Positions 24,485 through 38,432 of a DNA stretch of 64,000 bases are shown here, piece by piece (the stretch's first letter is position 1; every line of letters begins with the position of its first letter). This stretch comes from Botryllus schlosseri (Eukaryota). The notes beneath the pieces are model-generated. The model ran no database searches. It had not been told where the DNA came from and saw only the letters and a list, made by a program, of their open reading frames with translations. The DNA is taken from positions 6,448,001 through 6,512,000 of the forward strand of contig CM119378.1 of the NCBI GenBank assembly GCA_051294905.1, given 5' to 3'. The position numbers and the translations under genes were made by a program.

Positions 24485-24771
24485 GTAAATATTACGAGAT
24501 TCATAAAAGTGAAACATTGATAAAATAGATAAAGATATGCCGGTCAGTACCGGTACTGGCTGCCACCTGGAGATTCCTTGCATGTAGTCAAGTTGAACAT
24601 GGCTACCGATAATGACACAAACATAAGTTTGAATGTAAGTTACCGCTGTCTTAATCTCTATTGAGCTCATTATAACTTGTTTTTTTATTTGTATAATTCA
24701 TGACATCGATTGTGCATTGACCACTGCATTGACCACTTCATCTATTCTAAACCGTATGTATTTTCCTTCAG

Positions 24772-25810
24772 ATGCAGAGCAAACGTTGTGATTATCATCA
24801 TCACATGTTGTATCATGAGTCTTACCGTGATAATAGCAAATGTCAGCGTAATCACCGTATTCATAAGGACCAGAAAGTCGATGAACAGCCAAGGAGTCTT
24901 CAAGCTATCAATTGCATTCGCCGATCTACTCGTTGGGATAATAGTGATTCCGACGTTCATATCAACTACGTATCTGTATGTTTTCCAGAAACATACAGGA
25001 CCTTCCACATTGGCTTACACATCAAACTTCTCCAACAAAAGCTACAGCACTTTTCCGCCTAAATACCGAGCGTCAGAGGGATACTACGACACGGTGGGAT
25101 TTTTGACAGCGACATCCTTGTTTGTATCGGTCTACACGTTATTTATCGCTGGATTTGACCGATTGTTTGCAATATCAAAACCTTTGCGATTTAGAAGTTA
25201 CAAGACTAAAAAAATCGCCAAGTATTCGATATGCGTTATTTGGATTGCTTCGCTGATATTTGCGTCCATACCAATGTTCTCGCGACTAGACAATCTGCAA
25301 TACGGCATTCTGACAGGTGTATTCATAGCTCTCCGGGGCGAAGTGGCTATGATCATATATGCGGTTACTCTGTTTATTCCCACCATCATAACCTGGGTGA
25401 ATACAGCCTTGTTGCTGATTGCTATCAAGAAGCATTCGGCAGCAACGCGGGAGCTGCAGACCGCGGGTGAGGTTGAAAACCAAGATGGCGTCCGGGGAAT
25501 CGAACGACAATTGGCGAGGACCTTGATTATCATGGTCGGAACTTTCACTCTGTGCGTGTTGCCGATAGCTATCGTCGCAGCGACCCAACCGTTTATGCCG
25601 TCGGTCAACTTTGACTTTGTTCATATACCCGACGCGAAATCGTTGACAGCAGTGACATCGATTGAATTTTTATCGATCATGATTTTGGCGTCGAATAGCT
25701 TTTGGAATTGCCTCATTTACAATATCAGAAATAGGGATTTCAGACAGGAAATGAAGAAACTGTTCTCTATCCGAGGTACGACTTGTGAATCAACAAAGAA
25801 TCGCAACTGA
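24772..25810 (+). CDS. GPCR gene 3, exon 2: class A 7TM domain, short C-tail
   Basis: Acceptor TTTTCCTTCAG|A at 24771/24772 (G|CRANVV). SIAFADL, AGFDRL, ERQLARTL...FTLCVLP, NSFWNCLIY. Spliced CDS 1698 nt = 565 aa + stop. Confidence 0.95.
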
Positions 25811-26321
25811 TTTTATTACTCTTTTCTTCGTGAACACAATTTGTCTATCTTTAAGATGTCCTGATTGTCGCGTTTTTGAAGAAATTTTACTGTACTTATA
25901 AACTGGTACTCTCGTCAATATGTCTCTTCAACCATTTGACGATAAAACTATTGATTACTACAATACCAACAATCAAAATATATAGTGAAACTATTGGCAT
26001 ATTAGTGACAATTCTGACGCCATCTTACGCCCCAAGGCTTTATGATGATGTCTCCATCTCGCGGAAACAAACTATGTATGACGAGTACAGGATAATCTCG
26101 TGGTTCATTGTACGACCGTTTCTGCTGCTATGTAGTGTTTTGTTCAGAGGTGGTCAGTAACGAAGTACTTCTACTTTTTCGAAGTACCAAAATAGTTTCC
26201 CTACTTCTATTACTTACTCAAGTAGATATAATTTTCCACCACTCCTACTTCTACTTCGTCATATTTTGTGATTTACTTACGTACTTTTCACTATATTTGC
26301 AGTTTGTGAATTAGAAGTATT

Positions 26322-26332
26322 GAGCGAGAGAA

Positions 26333-26365
<33 letters not shown>
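26322..26365. repeat. (GA)n microsatellite
   Basis: Directly visible; a complementary (TC)n run lies at 26526-26547. Confidence 0.9.
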
Positions 26366-26366
<1 letters not shown>

Positions 26367-27328
26367 TGAGATTGAGATGGTGAAATTTAGAAACTGTTTT
26401 CTTTGAGTACCCGCCAACAATAATTTAATTTTCACAAAATTTAAAGTAAAGTCCAGAATGTTCGTCGTGCTTCGCCCGAAATATATGTAGGCCAAAGCAT
26501 CTCGTTGGTGCAGGCAAAAATAAGATCTCTCTGTCTCTCTCTCTCTCATCTTTGATCAAAATTCCTTGGATTGCAGCTTGCTAACACTCTGTAAAGGTGA
26601 CTGCAAAAAGACCCGTGAACACAAAAATAAGATAAATTTAGCATATAGTCGATAATTTGATTGATTCTGGAGAATGTTGCCAGCAATATCACACAGTTTC
26701 AATTGTGAATATTAAAATGCCTCGCCTCCGTCACCGCTACGTGGCTAGCCCGATTTGACTGACGTTCCCGCGCAGTGGCAGAGTCAGTCATTCCTAATGA
26801 AACCATAATGATATTTGAGTAGTGCGATGTCAAATCGTTCGTGAACTCAGAAGGTATATTCTGAACAGCTCAACATTACTGGATACGAATAAGCGGTGTT
26901 TATTAGCCGATAACTAGTCCTGGATCTATTTGAATGGCATGGCATTTCGCCGAATTGACATCATCATAAGTTACATATTTCGAATGGCACCAACCGCGCT
27001 CTGATTGATATCAATATCAATAATACAGTACTTATACCGACAGTGGCTCAGACAGGACTCATGCAAAATGTTATTTGTGTGTAAATTAGCATTGTGACGT
27101 CACATCGTCCCAGATGCTTCTGTTTAATTGTTCGGTGTTCGCAGCGAACATTCTATAACAGATCGTGTTCCCGAGAACCAGAGCCTTGTTGGGGATTCGC
27201 TGTTCGCAGTTGGGACCATCGCTCCGTATCGGTCCGTACCGTTTCACCTTCATGGCATCTCATCATCTGGGCATACGAGCATCTCATATAATGTGCATAC
27301 GAGGCATTCAAGCTGTAATTCTGCATAC

Positions 27329-28574
27329 TCATTCACCAGCTGTTTCAAGACCATCCAACTTTCTTACTGATATAACGGCCACTTGAGGATTTTTGTTATC
27401 CGGAAGCGGTAAATCGGCGGATATCGAGGCTTTGGAAGGGCGCGAATTTCTGCTCCCGCCACCCGATTTCGTAGAAGACAGATTCGTAAACGCCGAACTC
27501 AAGCTGGTGATGGTAGCGCGTCGCTGCGAGGACATCTTGATTCTTCTCCACAAATACAGCAGTCCAAGTTTGTCGGCAACGGCTCTCTCGATATCTTTGG
27601 AATGCTGTTTGAAATCTTTGTCTCTTGACCCGTAGATGAAGTAATTCCACAGACTATTCGTGGCGAGGATTACGACAGCGACCACTTCCGTCGAATTAAA
27701 AACCATAGTCGCGGTTTCGTTCAGGTGTTCTGGACCGTCCAAATGTATGTTGGAAACAAATAAAGACACGAGCAATACAACAATCACAGGAATCAGCGTA
27801 GCACTGAACGCCCCAACCATGACTGACAGGGTTTTTGCCAGTTTTCTCTCGTCACTGGCTATTTGTGAGTGGCTGATCGATGCTATCGAACGCCTAATGC
27901 TTGTGTACTTTTTAGTGTAATAAACGAGGGTAATGTTTGATAACCACACCAGAACTAACGGCAGTAGGAATATAACACAGTATAATACAACGGCATCTTT
28001 TGTACCTATGCTGATAATTACAGAGGCTACAATCGAATATGCAATGGAGCTGATGTACATCGGCAAAGTAGCCAAGAAAAGCACTAATATTACCAAAACC
28101 AGACAACACCATTTGGCTGCACGAAGAGCTGTGCTTCGTATGAATGACATTGGGAAGCAAATAGCGACCATTCTGTCAAAACTCGCCAGCATGAGCGTGT
28201 AAACAGAAATAAGAAATGATGCGATCGTAAAGAAACCTACAAAACTCATGTACCAGCGAGATAGGCTTGGGCCCTTTATGTCACTGGGTAAGCGCGTTGG
28301 AAGGATTCCTCGTGTTGTTTCGTCTATGACCGCTCCCGGATCATCCATTCCACTTTTGGTTGTGTACATCAAGTACATGGTTGATACAAAAGTGGGAAGT
28401 ACAATGGCTCCCACTAAGGTGTCGCCAATCGCCAGAGTAACCTTGTAAACGATTTGACTATTGTTCATCCGCTTCCGGTACCAGTACACTGCTATCACTA
28501 GCACGTTGGTGAAAAGTATTGCGATGCCCAAACAAATCATAACGGCCGCCACGATTGATATCCCGATTCGGCAC
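27329..28574 (-). CDS. GPCR gene 4, exon 2: class A 7TM domain
   Basis: Acceptor ATTACAG|G at 28575/28574 (R|CRIGISI). TLAIGDT, ASFDRM, ERKLAKTL...FSATLIP, NSLWNYFIY. Spliced CDS from ATG 30373 is 1971 nt = 656 aa + stop. Confidence 0.95.
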
Positions 28575-29648
28575 CTGTAATGTTAATCGATTGAGATTTT
28601 TATCTCAGACAATTTCTCACAATTATTTTCCCTCGAGGGAATTTCTTATTACCGACATATAGCGAGTAGGCGTCTAATTCATATTTGATTTGCTACATCA
28701 TTTTCGCCACTTTTCTCGCAGTAAATTGTATCATACCACGATTTCATACAAAGCAAGGCTTTGTGGAAGCGATAAATATGCACTCGTTCCATGATAGTAC
28801 AAGCATTATAAACGTCGATGCATGCAGTCTACATGTTGTTCAGAATTTACAAACCTGGTTGATAAACTACATTCACAGTAAATTCATTTATATGGCGAAT
28901 CTTCTGAAGTGGTGGTCAGTATTAGGTAAATTTTACCGTATCTAAATCTGTGTGCGATATGACGGCGACGTCCTAATCTCAAAAGATTTACGATGACATG
29001 GTATTGTGCACGGTACACCATGCCAGCTGCAGAAATCCCAATATTTATTTCATTAAAGAGGTCAATAAAAATACACAGAAGGGGTGACCACCATTTATAT
29101 ACATTTTTTTCGATCGACAGCCACACAGATACGGGCGATAAATATGAAACAAAGCAAGTATAAAATATTCTCTTTAGTTCTAAAATACGATGAATGGGAA
29201 ACCCCCGGAAAACAAGGCATTTGTTGAAGTTTGTCAATTCTGAACAACTCGAATGCAGACCCATAGAATATATCAGGGGTTCTTGAACCTTTACTATCCT
29301 GGGACTTAGGGAGCCCTTACGCTTATCAGCAATGCTGCAGCGAAACACAGATTTTCGATGAGTCATAAAAATAACATCTACCAAATTACTCGACAAATAC
29401 ATTACTATAGGATACTGGTGCACAAAATGACATGTAGATCAACGATAGCAATCATTAAAACATGTGGTTCAAACAATACAATTAGATTAGTTATCAGATT
29501 AGCAAAACGGTGAGACATTAGCTGTATGAGTATAATGTGTGTCTTGACTTCCAGCAATTCCCTGAGACTGACTCAGGGAGCTCCTGCAGTTCGTGTGAAC
29601 TGAACTAGACTTTATAATGGACGAATCGCTGGTACCTGGTATACTAAC

Positions 29649-30373
29649 CTCGCTGGCATGCACTTCCACACAGATACGTGATCTCTTTCGACCGTGTCTA
29701 TGTCGTAGCCGCACCACGAAAATCCGCAAAAGGGAATCACCGTCTTGATTGTTTCGTGATACCTTCCGTATCCCCCTCTGGCGCTTTCGTATAGAGCAAC
29801 TTGCACGCACGGGTTGGACAGCTCTCCGTATGACATATTTTCTGATCTTAGATGCTCCACCATGAAGTCCCACGTTTCGCTAGTCATGTTTGGTGCGGGT
29901 GAAGATATGTTGAACCTCCCGCCGGAGTGTGTTAATGCGGCGTTTTTGACGGCGTTAAAACAGTGGCGTTGGTAGAGTTGATTGGTGCATGCCCGCATGT
30001 ATACAATATTAGTGAAAGGCGAAAAATCGAAGAAACGCTTCTTGCATTGTTTCTTCATTTGCGGACATTTCCAAGTCTTCATTATATCCAAAAACGTGGT
30101 GAGATATTCGCTCCCGACGTACCATCGGGAATAGAAACGTTTCTCCCAAAACTGGCAGCACTTAATCTCTGCTCTTCTGTTCAGTTTCCGGTAGCCCGGT
30201 CGATACATGCAGTTGCGTATCTGCACTGTAAAGCCCGGCCTCAGTTGGGGAATTCTAGCGTCGCGCATTTCCAAGCTTTCGGCTCTTCGATTTGGCGTGC
30301 TTACATCTCCTGCTCGGCATAGGGCGTCGAAGGTCACAATCACCACGAGACATACTTGGACTAAACCTTGCAT
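29649..30373 (-). CDS. GPCR gene 4, exon 1: signal peptide + cysteine-rich ectodomain
   Basis: Met41 of ORF 29612..30493 begins a signal-like MQGLVQVCLVVIVTFDALCRA; family Cys pattern; donor AG|GTTAGT at 29648, phase 2; intron 1074 bp. Start codon choice is inferred. Confidence 0.88.
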
Positions 30374-33044
30374 ATTTAACTCCTTACATTTCAGTGAAAC
30401 TGCGTAAGCGAAGGCGGAGCATGTGTTGAAAACGTCAATATTTTGATGAGCCGAATATATCGTGCAGATATTAAGTTCTTGCGTGACAAACATACATAAA
30501 TTGGCATGCTTTTATGACTTCTCGCCCTTAAGGCGAGAGGCGTGCACCTGCACAATCACTTGTCCAGCATAAGTGTCTGATCTACTGGTCTACAGCTGGT
30601 CCGTGTAAACTTTGCTCCCGGTCCTCCAAATGTATCATTTCATATCTCAATTGCAAAATGCAAGTGGAAATGCAGAAAATTGAAACGTATAGCCGAGGTC
30701 AACGCAAGCCCCGGTATAGCCTATTTTTATGTATGGTGTCGTAATATAGAGGTCATGATCTACTTGGGACTTCGCCTATAAGTGTTGTAGAAAACTGTTC
30801 AAGTTCAAATGTAGCCCACAATTCGTTTAAGACCAGTTACATTCGTTGAAAATTACTGAGCACAATTCAACGACATTTGGCGGTACAACAGCAGATACCA
30901 GCAAACGATGGTTAACAGTAAAGTTGCTCTTCTTTCAAAAGAAGTCGAACAACCAAACTCGCGATCGTCATGAATACTCACTGCGGGTTTCGTGTTTATC
31001 TTCCTCCACTAAAGCGGCATTGGCACTTTAGAATTTACAAGAACTCTGCCGTTGAAACCTTACAAATTTCCCTTTTTGCCTCAACCGAATTCCCACATTC
31101 ACAATCATGAAACTGTAGCTGACGTTCACCTAATAAAGTAGTAGGCTAATTTCACGCAAATATACAGCTTCTGTGCACTACGTACTATATTGATATAAGA
31201 TAATATCGCGTAGACTGCCGCTAAAACTGGCGTTTCCGAAAGGAACAGCAATTACATATAACTATCCCCGGGAAGATTGTTTGAAACTCTTAGCTGTTGT
31301 GCGTATATACTCATATTTCAGAACAATATAATTCTCAAGGTATTAGCCTGAAATAATAGCATGCGCCGTCTTGTACCGTAATTTCAAGTCTATTACGACT
31401 TGGTAGCGAAACATGGAACACTCGATAAAAACACTGGACTTTAGCTGTCAGCGTGACACTAAATTTCCCAAAGTCATCCTCTCTTGTTTACATTTTATTT
31501 ATCGCAAGATTAACTATTTTAAATAGCTGGCCGTAATATTCGTTTCGAGCTCTCGTAAGAGAATGCTGGAGGGGGAAATCGTGAGCTTACGGATTATTTA
31601 AATAGAATGAATCTTGTTGAAATCTTCCTAAATTTACCGGTGTTTCCCAAGCTTCTTTTAACATCGTAAGCCACGATGAGTGCTTCAACCACGACGAAAT
31701 TTGAAAGTCATTGCCGCAAAGAATGATGTAGCGCACAACGCGTCAATATTTTCAACGACCTTTCGCAAGCGTTTCGACTGATTTCAAGCCACCTACTCGC
31801 CTTATTCTCAAACGTTTTATTACAGCGTACCATTTCGATTTATATACACGTATGCTGTACCCCTTAAAAGAATGTAGCAAAAATGTACGCAATTGAAAAG
31901 ACAAAACACATGAAAGTATTTATTTACACTTTCCACATTATTTCACGCCTTTGATTCAATGAATGAGCTTGACGCTTCTCTAACAGTATATCTATTCTTG
32001 GAATTGTTTTGGAAAGGCACACTCATAAATTATTTTCAACCAAAAGTCTAACACGAAATTTGTTCTTCATCATGCACATGCTTGAAAAATATTACTCACA
32101 ACTTACAACTGTCACTGCAGGTGGATAATGGCAAAATACTATCTACACTTCTTTGACACTGCAGGATATGACTTTACTCTACTAGATCAGATCTATGGCA
32201 GGGAAATAATCCTGGTCTGGCTCATTGCAGAGTCAGTAATGTAAAAGCATGATGATTTCTTAAGCCTTAATAAACGCTTCATTTAGTAAGCTTATACTTT
32301 TTGGACACTTGTACTGTACACGCCTGTTGGGGAATACTGTCACAATGCCAGAATATAATGAAACTGCCCAGTGCTCATGTACCACTGAACGTTCTCTCAT
32401 GCACCCCGGTTTGAGAAACACAGCGCTATACAATATATTACAAAAAGTCTTCCCTGTATACATTCGTGAATGGCATATATGTCTTGCACACAGGCGTCAC
32501 GGATACCTGTACGTCTATCAATTTATCAAATCGCTTGATTGTTATGGTCTAATTTTAGTGAATTGAGCACGCTTTTCTCATAATCACCTCATATCAAAGT
32601 GATATTGATCGCGAATTCCCCGAAATTGTCTACAGCATATCAGCTACCCAGTAGCTTTTTCTTTTGAAACTGCGGAACGTATACTTGGGCATGATAATTT
32701 GGCTCTGATGATTTTGATGATTTTCCCACACTGATTATGTATGATAGCTAGAAGCACAATTTGACGCATTATAGTATTAGCGGAAATGAACCGCAAGGAA
32801 ATGCGTAATCGGTTGCGTTGTATAAGTCAATGTCGCTGCTGCTATTACAGCGACTTTCGGTGCTCGATTGATCTAATAATTAAATCGATTTAATCACTTT
32901 ACTGTAGCCATGGTCTCCGAGTTTCAGGGTATTCCTTACCACCCACCGTGGATCAATCGAATGGCTATTCCGAAAACGAATCCGGTTGCCAGAAACCGGA
33001 AGCCAGTAAGCTATTTTGTTCCATTCCGGCAATACGGTACCATG

Positions 33045-33459
33045 TAGGGTTGCATTTAAAAAAATCAATTTAAAACAAACATGTTTAAAACAATGCCCGT
33101 TTTTTAAATGACATGACGGCACGAATATTCAATTGTTACGTCATAGTAGGTCGACATTGACAATTGAAAATATAGGGTAAATATGGCTCCTTTGACGAAA
33201 TATCTACGTACTATAGCTGTTGAGCCGACTATTTTGAGGGTTCCAACCATCCCATATCGTATAAGTCTGCTATATCGGGCGGTAACGGTCCGTAGGCTGA
33301 TACAACATGTTTTTTGGAAAGTATTTACACAATTTTGGCATGATTTTACAACTTACAAACACACAATTTCTTTTTTAAATGGCCTTTGTTTAAAACACCG
33401 TTTAAAACGTGTTTTAAACGAAGTGCTTTAAACAACCAATTGTTTTAAATGAAACCCTA
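33045..33459. mobile_element. 415-bp hAT MITE (TTTAAAAC-rich family)
   Basis: TIR TAGGGTT(G/T)CATTTAAAA (16/17); exact 8-bp TSD GTACCATG; relatives at 57520..57968 and ~51723..52228. Confidence 0.92.
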
Positions 33460-36400
33460 GTACCATGAAGACACAATTCTTCCGTCGACGTGATAACATC
33501 ATTTATTGGCCTCGCTGCACACGTCCTGTTAAAATGACCATGAGCAGTGGAAGCATGTCACGTTTTTGCTCTTTTTCGGAGGGCCACAAATTTGTATTTG
33601 TTCTGAACTGGCACCATAAGCAAACGCGCATTATAGATTATATTACTCCAGCCAATTGTGGGCCTCAAAATCCGTTGATATACTGATCACTAAACATGAA
33701 CTGGAAAGATAAATGGATATATTTTTAGCATCCTGGGCTCACAGGGTGTATATAAAATATGTGATCATTTTTTCCGAGTGCTACGATAAATCCTAAAATC
33801 GTGCTCATATGACACAGAATAATTAACACTTAACAGTGTCTTGTAGATGGTCAGCATACACCACCGGCAAATAAGGGCATATTACTACACCCAAAAGTGG
33901 TACGTGAACAGAATTTGTGTATTTTACCCATTTACACCAACTGGAATGCGAGTGAGATAGCTAAATTTTGCAACAGAAAGAAGCCCGTTTCGAAAGCTTC
34001 GATATTACGGAAATCAGTGAAATATCGGATTGACTTCTACTACACCAGGGGTCGCCAGCTAAAAACGGGTTGTGGGCCACTTTTCAAATTTCGTAGATGC
34101 CACACAGTTTAACAGCCCGGTTTTAAAAACTTTACGTCAGTGCAGCGCTATGCTCTCTAGCATGAGCGACGTGCATAATTACCACAAAAGAAGTAATATT
34201 TTATTAAAAAAATAAAAATACAACAAATAATATAATGATCATCACTTTGATTGTACTTTGTACTATGAGCTGCGTACGATATTAGGGTAAGCTTGACACC
34301 GTACTTGCTGGAAAACTATCACCTCGTTAAGCCTGATCTTGTGGGGAATCCTCAAGTTATTTTCTAAGCGTCTCGGTCTCAGCGGCGTCTAGGCCATAGC
34401 GCGTCAAGGCAATATATGTCAATGCCCATTTGGGGTGTTGAAAAAAATATTTTTTCTTTCAAATTTCATCGGCTTCATTGTCACATCGTCAGGTTACCTA
34501 AAAAGACATTGCACAGCAAATTTGACTCAATCACAACCAGTAGATGCCGAGGTCAGGCAAATTGAAATTTCGGTCATTTTTGAAATAATAGTGTATTTAC
34601 GGTGGCTAATTTCGTCACTTCGACCTGACCAAAAATCGTGTTCCAGGTATGCGTGAAGAGGCAGAGATATCTTTTCCCCTCGTTTTGATCTTGACAAGAG
34701 CCCATGGTGGAGTTTGGATGAAGACATCACCAGTAAACGAAAAAAAGATATGACGCCGATTAGCTGGAAATTAGTCCACTTCATTGAGATAACGGCGTTA
34801 AAGGATGGTGAGATAATTTTCAAAAATAGTACTTTACGCTCTGAAATTAACTAGCACGATAAGGAAATGGACTGACAATAAGCAAGTAAAATACGGGTAA
34901 ATATATTTCTCAAGTGTTATTCAATATTTATGTTCTTTGTCGGTCTAATCATGGCCATGGTCCAATGTAGATTTCTTCACAATGCAATTTGATATCATGA
35001 TATTCTATCATTTGTGCTTCAGCACTCTTATAGTACTCTCTCAGCTCAGCGTCATCCTCCATACTCGGTGAATACCATCTAATTGTATCTATATATCGTG
35101 GTAAAATATCAATACTTTTTATTACTCTATGACAATAAGGGGTTCCAGGGGATATTGAAAGACCAGCGAAGGACTAATGTGCTGTATGAGCTCAGTGGGT
35201 TACCAACTTGTTTCCCTGAAACTTGCAAAGTTTCGAGCACATAAACAGCTCTATATAGTATCAACGCTTATGTGAGGTAACAGAAATGCTTTTTAAACTC
35301 ATAAATACTATTCATTGGCATAGCCCATTCTCAATTGCAATCAGCACCATTTTAACGCCCTGGATCAGACAATGTCAAGTAGCAGAGAAATATTCGAATA
35401 CTGGGTTGCTGGGGGATGCAATTGATGTCTCTGTGGGTGGGATTTTGGGAATGGCGACTTTGCAATCAGTAAGAACTTTGAATCAAGGCCGAGAGACATC
35501 CGTATGCAATGCATAAATGGGATATGGCACAACAATTTCAACATAAAATGAATTATGCTCGCACCTAGTCCCATACCCGTCTAGTTACCGTCTACTTTGA
35601 ACTGCGTATTTTACACGCTACATACGATGTCGAAGCGGCATTTCTGATTCACATAATTGTTGGTACTATGTTTTGTATGTTCGAAAAAATTTGCAAGCCT
35701 CAAGAAAGCCAAATGGTAACTCACCGAGTCTATAAAGCGCAATATTGATCTGGGTGTTTTTCAGTATCACCTCAAACCGCTGGTCAAAGTATAATTAAAA
35801 GCATCGGCATTTCACTAGGGTGAATGAAGACAATTATATGGTAGGGACCGAATATCCCGAATGACATGAAAAATATATATACTCGTGATGGTGTGAACCT
35901 TAGAAAGGCTCAGGTTCGTGTGAACGCGAACCTTTTTGAAAGGTTCTGTGTGATTGCGAATGTGAACCTCATGACGTCACATCACATCATATTGCTAATC
36001 TCAACCCTACATTTCAGTGCCGCATGCGGTCGTCGGGTCACGTACTGGTGACCCTGGTCTACACATTGAGACAATATCGCAATACTTTTATCAGTTAAGT
36101 TCATTTAAGTCAAATTTTAATTCAGGATACACTTTCCGTAAGCGTTGATCCATTGAATATGGCGGTTACGTCAATTATACGATGTCTTGATAATGATTCC
36201 GCATTAGTTGATTGACAGTAGCAGTCTATAGAAACCTCGTTGCGTTGGTTGAATACGTTTCGTTGAGCGACTGAGGAAGTACGCAACGATATACTCAATG
36301 CTTCATCGACTATGTCGATTGTCGCGTTTCGTGCATTACTTGCATTTGATGCTTGTTACCGCCAGTAAGCCAGCGCAGTGTAATTTGAGGCTAGTTGCGA

Positions 36401-37907
36401 CGGATGGTTAGTGAGTGATTTACGCCGATCTTGCGCGCGGTTATAAGATTGATATACGAGGATTACGATTTGACGACAAAGCTAACGGCTATTTACGTTC
36501 TAGTAGCTGTCGATATAGCCGATTTGTACAACCCATCTTTTTCCGCAAACAACTGTTTTAGTAGGACCAAAACATTAATGCGTATAGGGTCTAATTCTGT
36601 ATTTTGGCCTTGGTGCACATAAGGTCATCAAGCGTCTTGTAGTGGACTTGGAAGCGGAAATGTGGTTTCCTATTATTGGTACAATATATTGCTGTAACAG
36701 TTACTTACAAAGCGATCACATTTCAAGCCATAGTCGAGCAATCTATAAATGACCCAGTGGAATTTGTCTCGGTAATTTATGATCAGACATTACCTTCAGT
36801 CACAATCATTTTCGGTTCTCCGAGTAAAATTAGCTTTTATGTCTTTGCATGCAATCTTAACCGCGATGAGGTTAAATTGCGAAGCAATGGCTCCAGAGAA
36901 ATACTTCATGTTCTGGTAGATTTACATTAACACTGGCCATCCATCTTTATTAGTGTGTCAAATATCTCGTTATCAAATGCATCATTAGACATAGTTTATT
37001 GTTGGGGTGAAAATGCGTTCGTGATATGGATTTATGCGTCAAAATTCTTTATCCCAAGTTCTAGTTATAAAGCCGAGTGCGATATAGATATACCTAAAGA
37101 AAACGCCGAAGTATAGCATTGATACCGTGCCGAGAGTGCGTTGGATGTTGAATAGATCGGTGACGTTGCATTGAAATATATTCAAATGAGACCTGGATCG
37201 AATTAGTATATGTCAATTTCTATTGCGACAGCGCAGTTTTGGATTTTGTGCCGAACTAGTGAGGGTTGCGTATATAGGATATCATAAAAACTTGGATGTC
37301 ACCCAAACATACCGGAGCAATAGATACTGGCGTATGGAGTGTCAGGATCTGCTTCGACTTACTGCGCACACTGCACAGTATCAGATGATAGTGAGCCTGC
37401 GAACAACGAACATCTGTTGAAGATAGGCCGATGAAGGCATACGAAGTTGCCTAGTTTTCATCCGAGGCCGACTTTGGTAGGGTTATAGCATCAAATGTGC
37501 CTACACTGTAGTCTACACCTATACGTATACAGTGCTGTACAATGTAATGTACAAGTACATGTAGGTTACTGTTCATGGCCATGATATTTCTCCTTCAACT
37601 TCACGGAAATCAGGTGTATGCATTACACTCGATGTAGTAGCCTATAAGTTGTTGCAGTTTAATGGTTTTTGTGTTTGACGTTTTACACCACACCGGTGTC
37701 GTTTTTGGGATTATGGGGTTGCCGACTTACAGAGCGGCTCACTTTCGCTCTATAGGCTTTTTTAAGACACCGACTACGCCGTTCGGACGGCGATGAGGAG
37801 CCTAGATAAACCTCCAACACTTGAGAAGTTATTTGTGGTGATATTGCGATTCAGACATGCCTGCCTATCAATGTACGACGTAGTACTGTACGACGTATAG
37901 TACTATG

Positions 37908-38432
37908 CAGGGGCGGGCAACTTCTCTAGTCGGTGGGCCGGATATGGGAAAAGGAAGTACTAGGCGGGCCGGATTCTTGAATCGATACATTAATCGCGTA
38001 TTTAGCCATCAGTACCCCCAGGAAGCTCTCCACCTATACAAAGAAAAATCGTATTTAATGTAAACTTTAGGCGTAAAGCAGAGAGACCAAAAAAGCAGTC
38101 AATGAATTAATTACCGTAAGTTAGGCCTACTCCAATAGCTGTTGAAGTCAATGAGACATTTGTGATCGATCAAAGTTGGCAACAAGTTCTTTGAACTCTG
38201 GCTGCGTGTCGGATGTACATGCCCAATAAGTAAAGACTGCTCGTGAACATGAGCTAGGTTGGAACATCGCTTTGTCTTGTTAATGATCATGGTCGAAAAC
38301 GTTTGCTCGCAAATGTATGTAGACCCGGGCCGCGGGTCACATTATAATGTAAGCCCGGAAGCTGCCCGCGGGCCGCTCAAAATCCCGTGGCGGGCCGGAT
38401 CCGGTTCTCGGGCCGTATGTTGCCCGCCCCTG
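37908..38432. mobile_element. 525-bp hAT-type MITE
   Basis: Perfect 14-bp TIR CAGGGGCGGGCAAC; GGCCCG-rich subterminal motifs; TSD only approximate (TACTAT on both flanks). Confidence 0.8.

Noticed and set aside
26145-26290. CAGAGGTGGTCAGTAACG followed by TACT-rich motifs, like one end of a hAT element
   Set aside because: No partner end or TSD found, so it cannot be delimited.
36690-37200. Coding-looking minus-strand stretches (CNVTDLFNIQ..., ...FHWVIYRLLDYGLKCDRF|GTAAGT)
   Set aside because: Broken by stops and frame changes, and no match to the GPCR family or any domain I recognise; a BLASTX would be needed.
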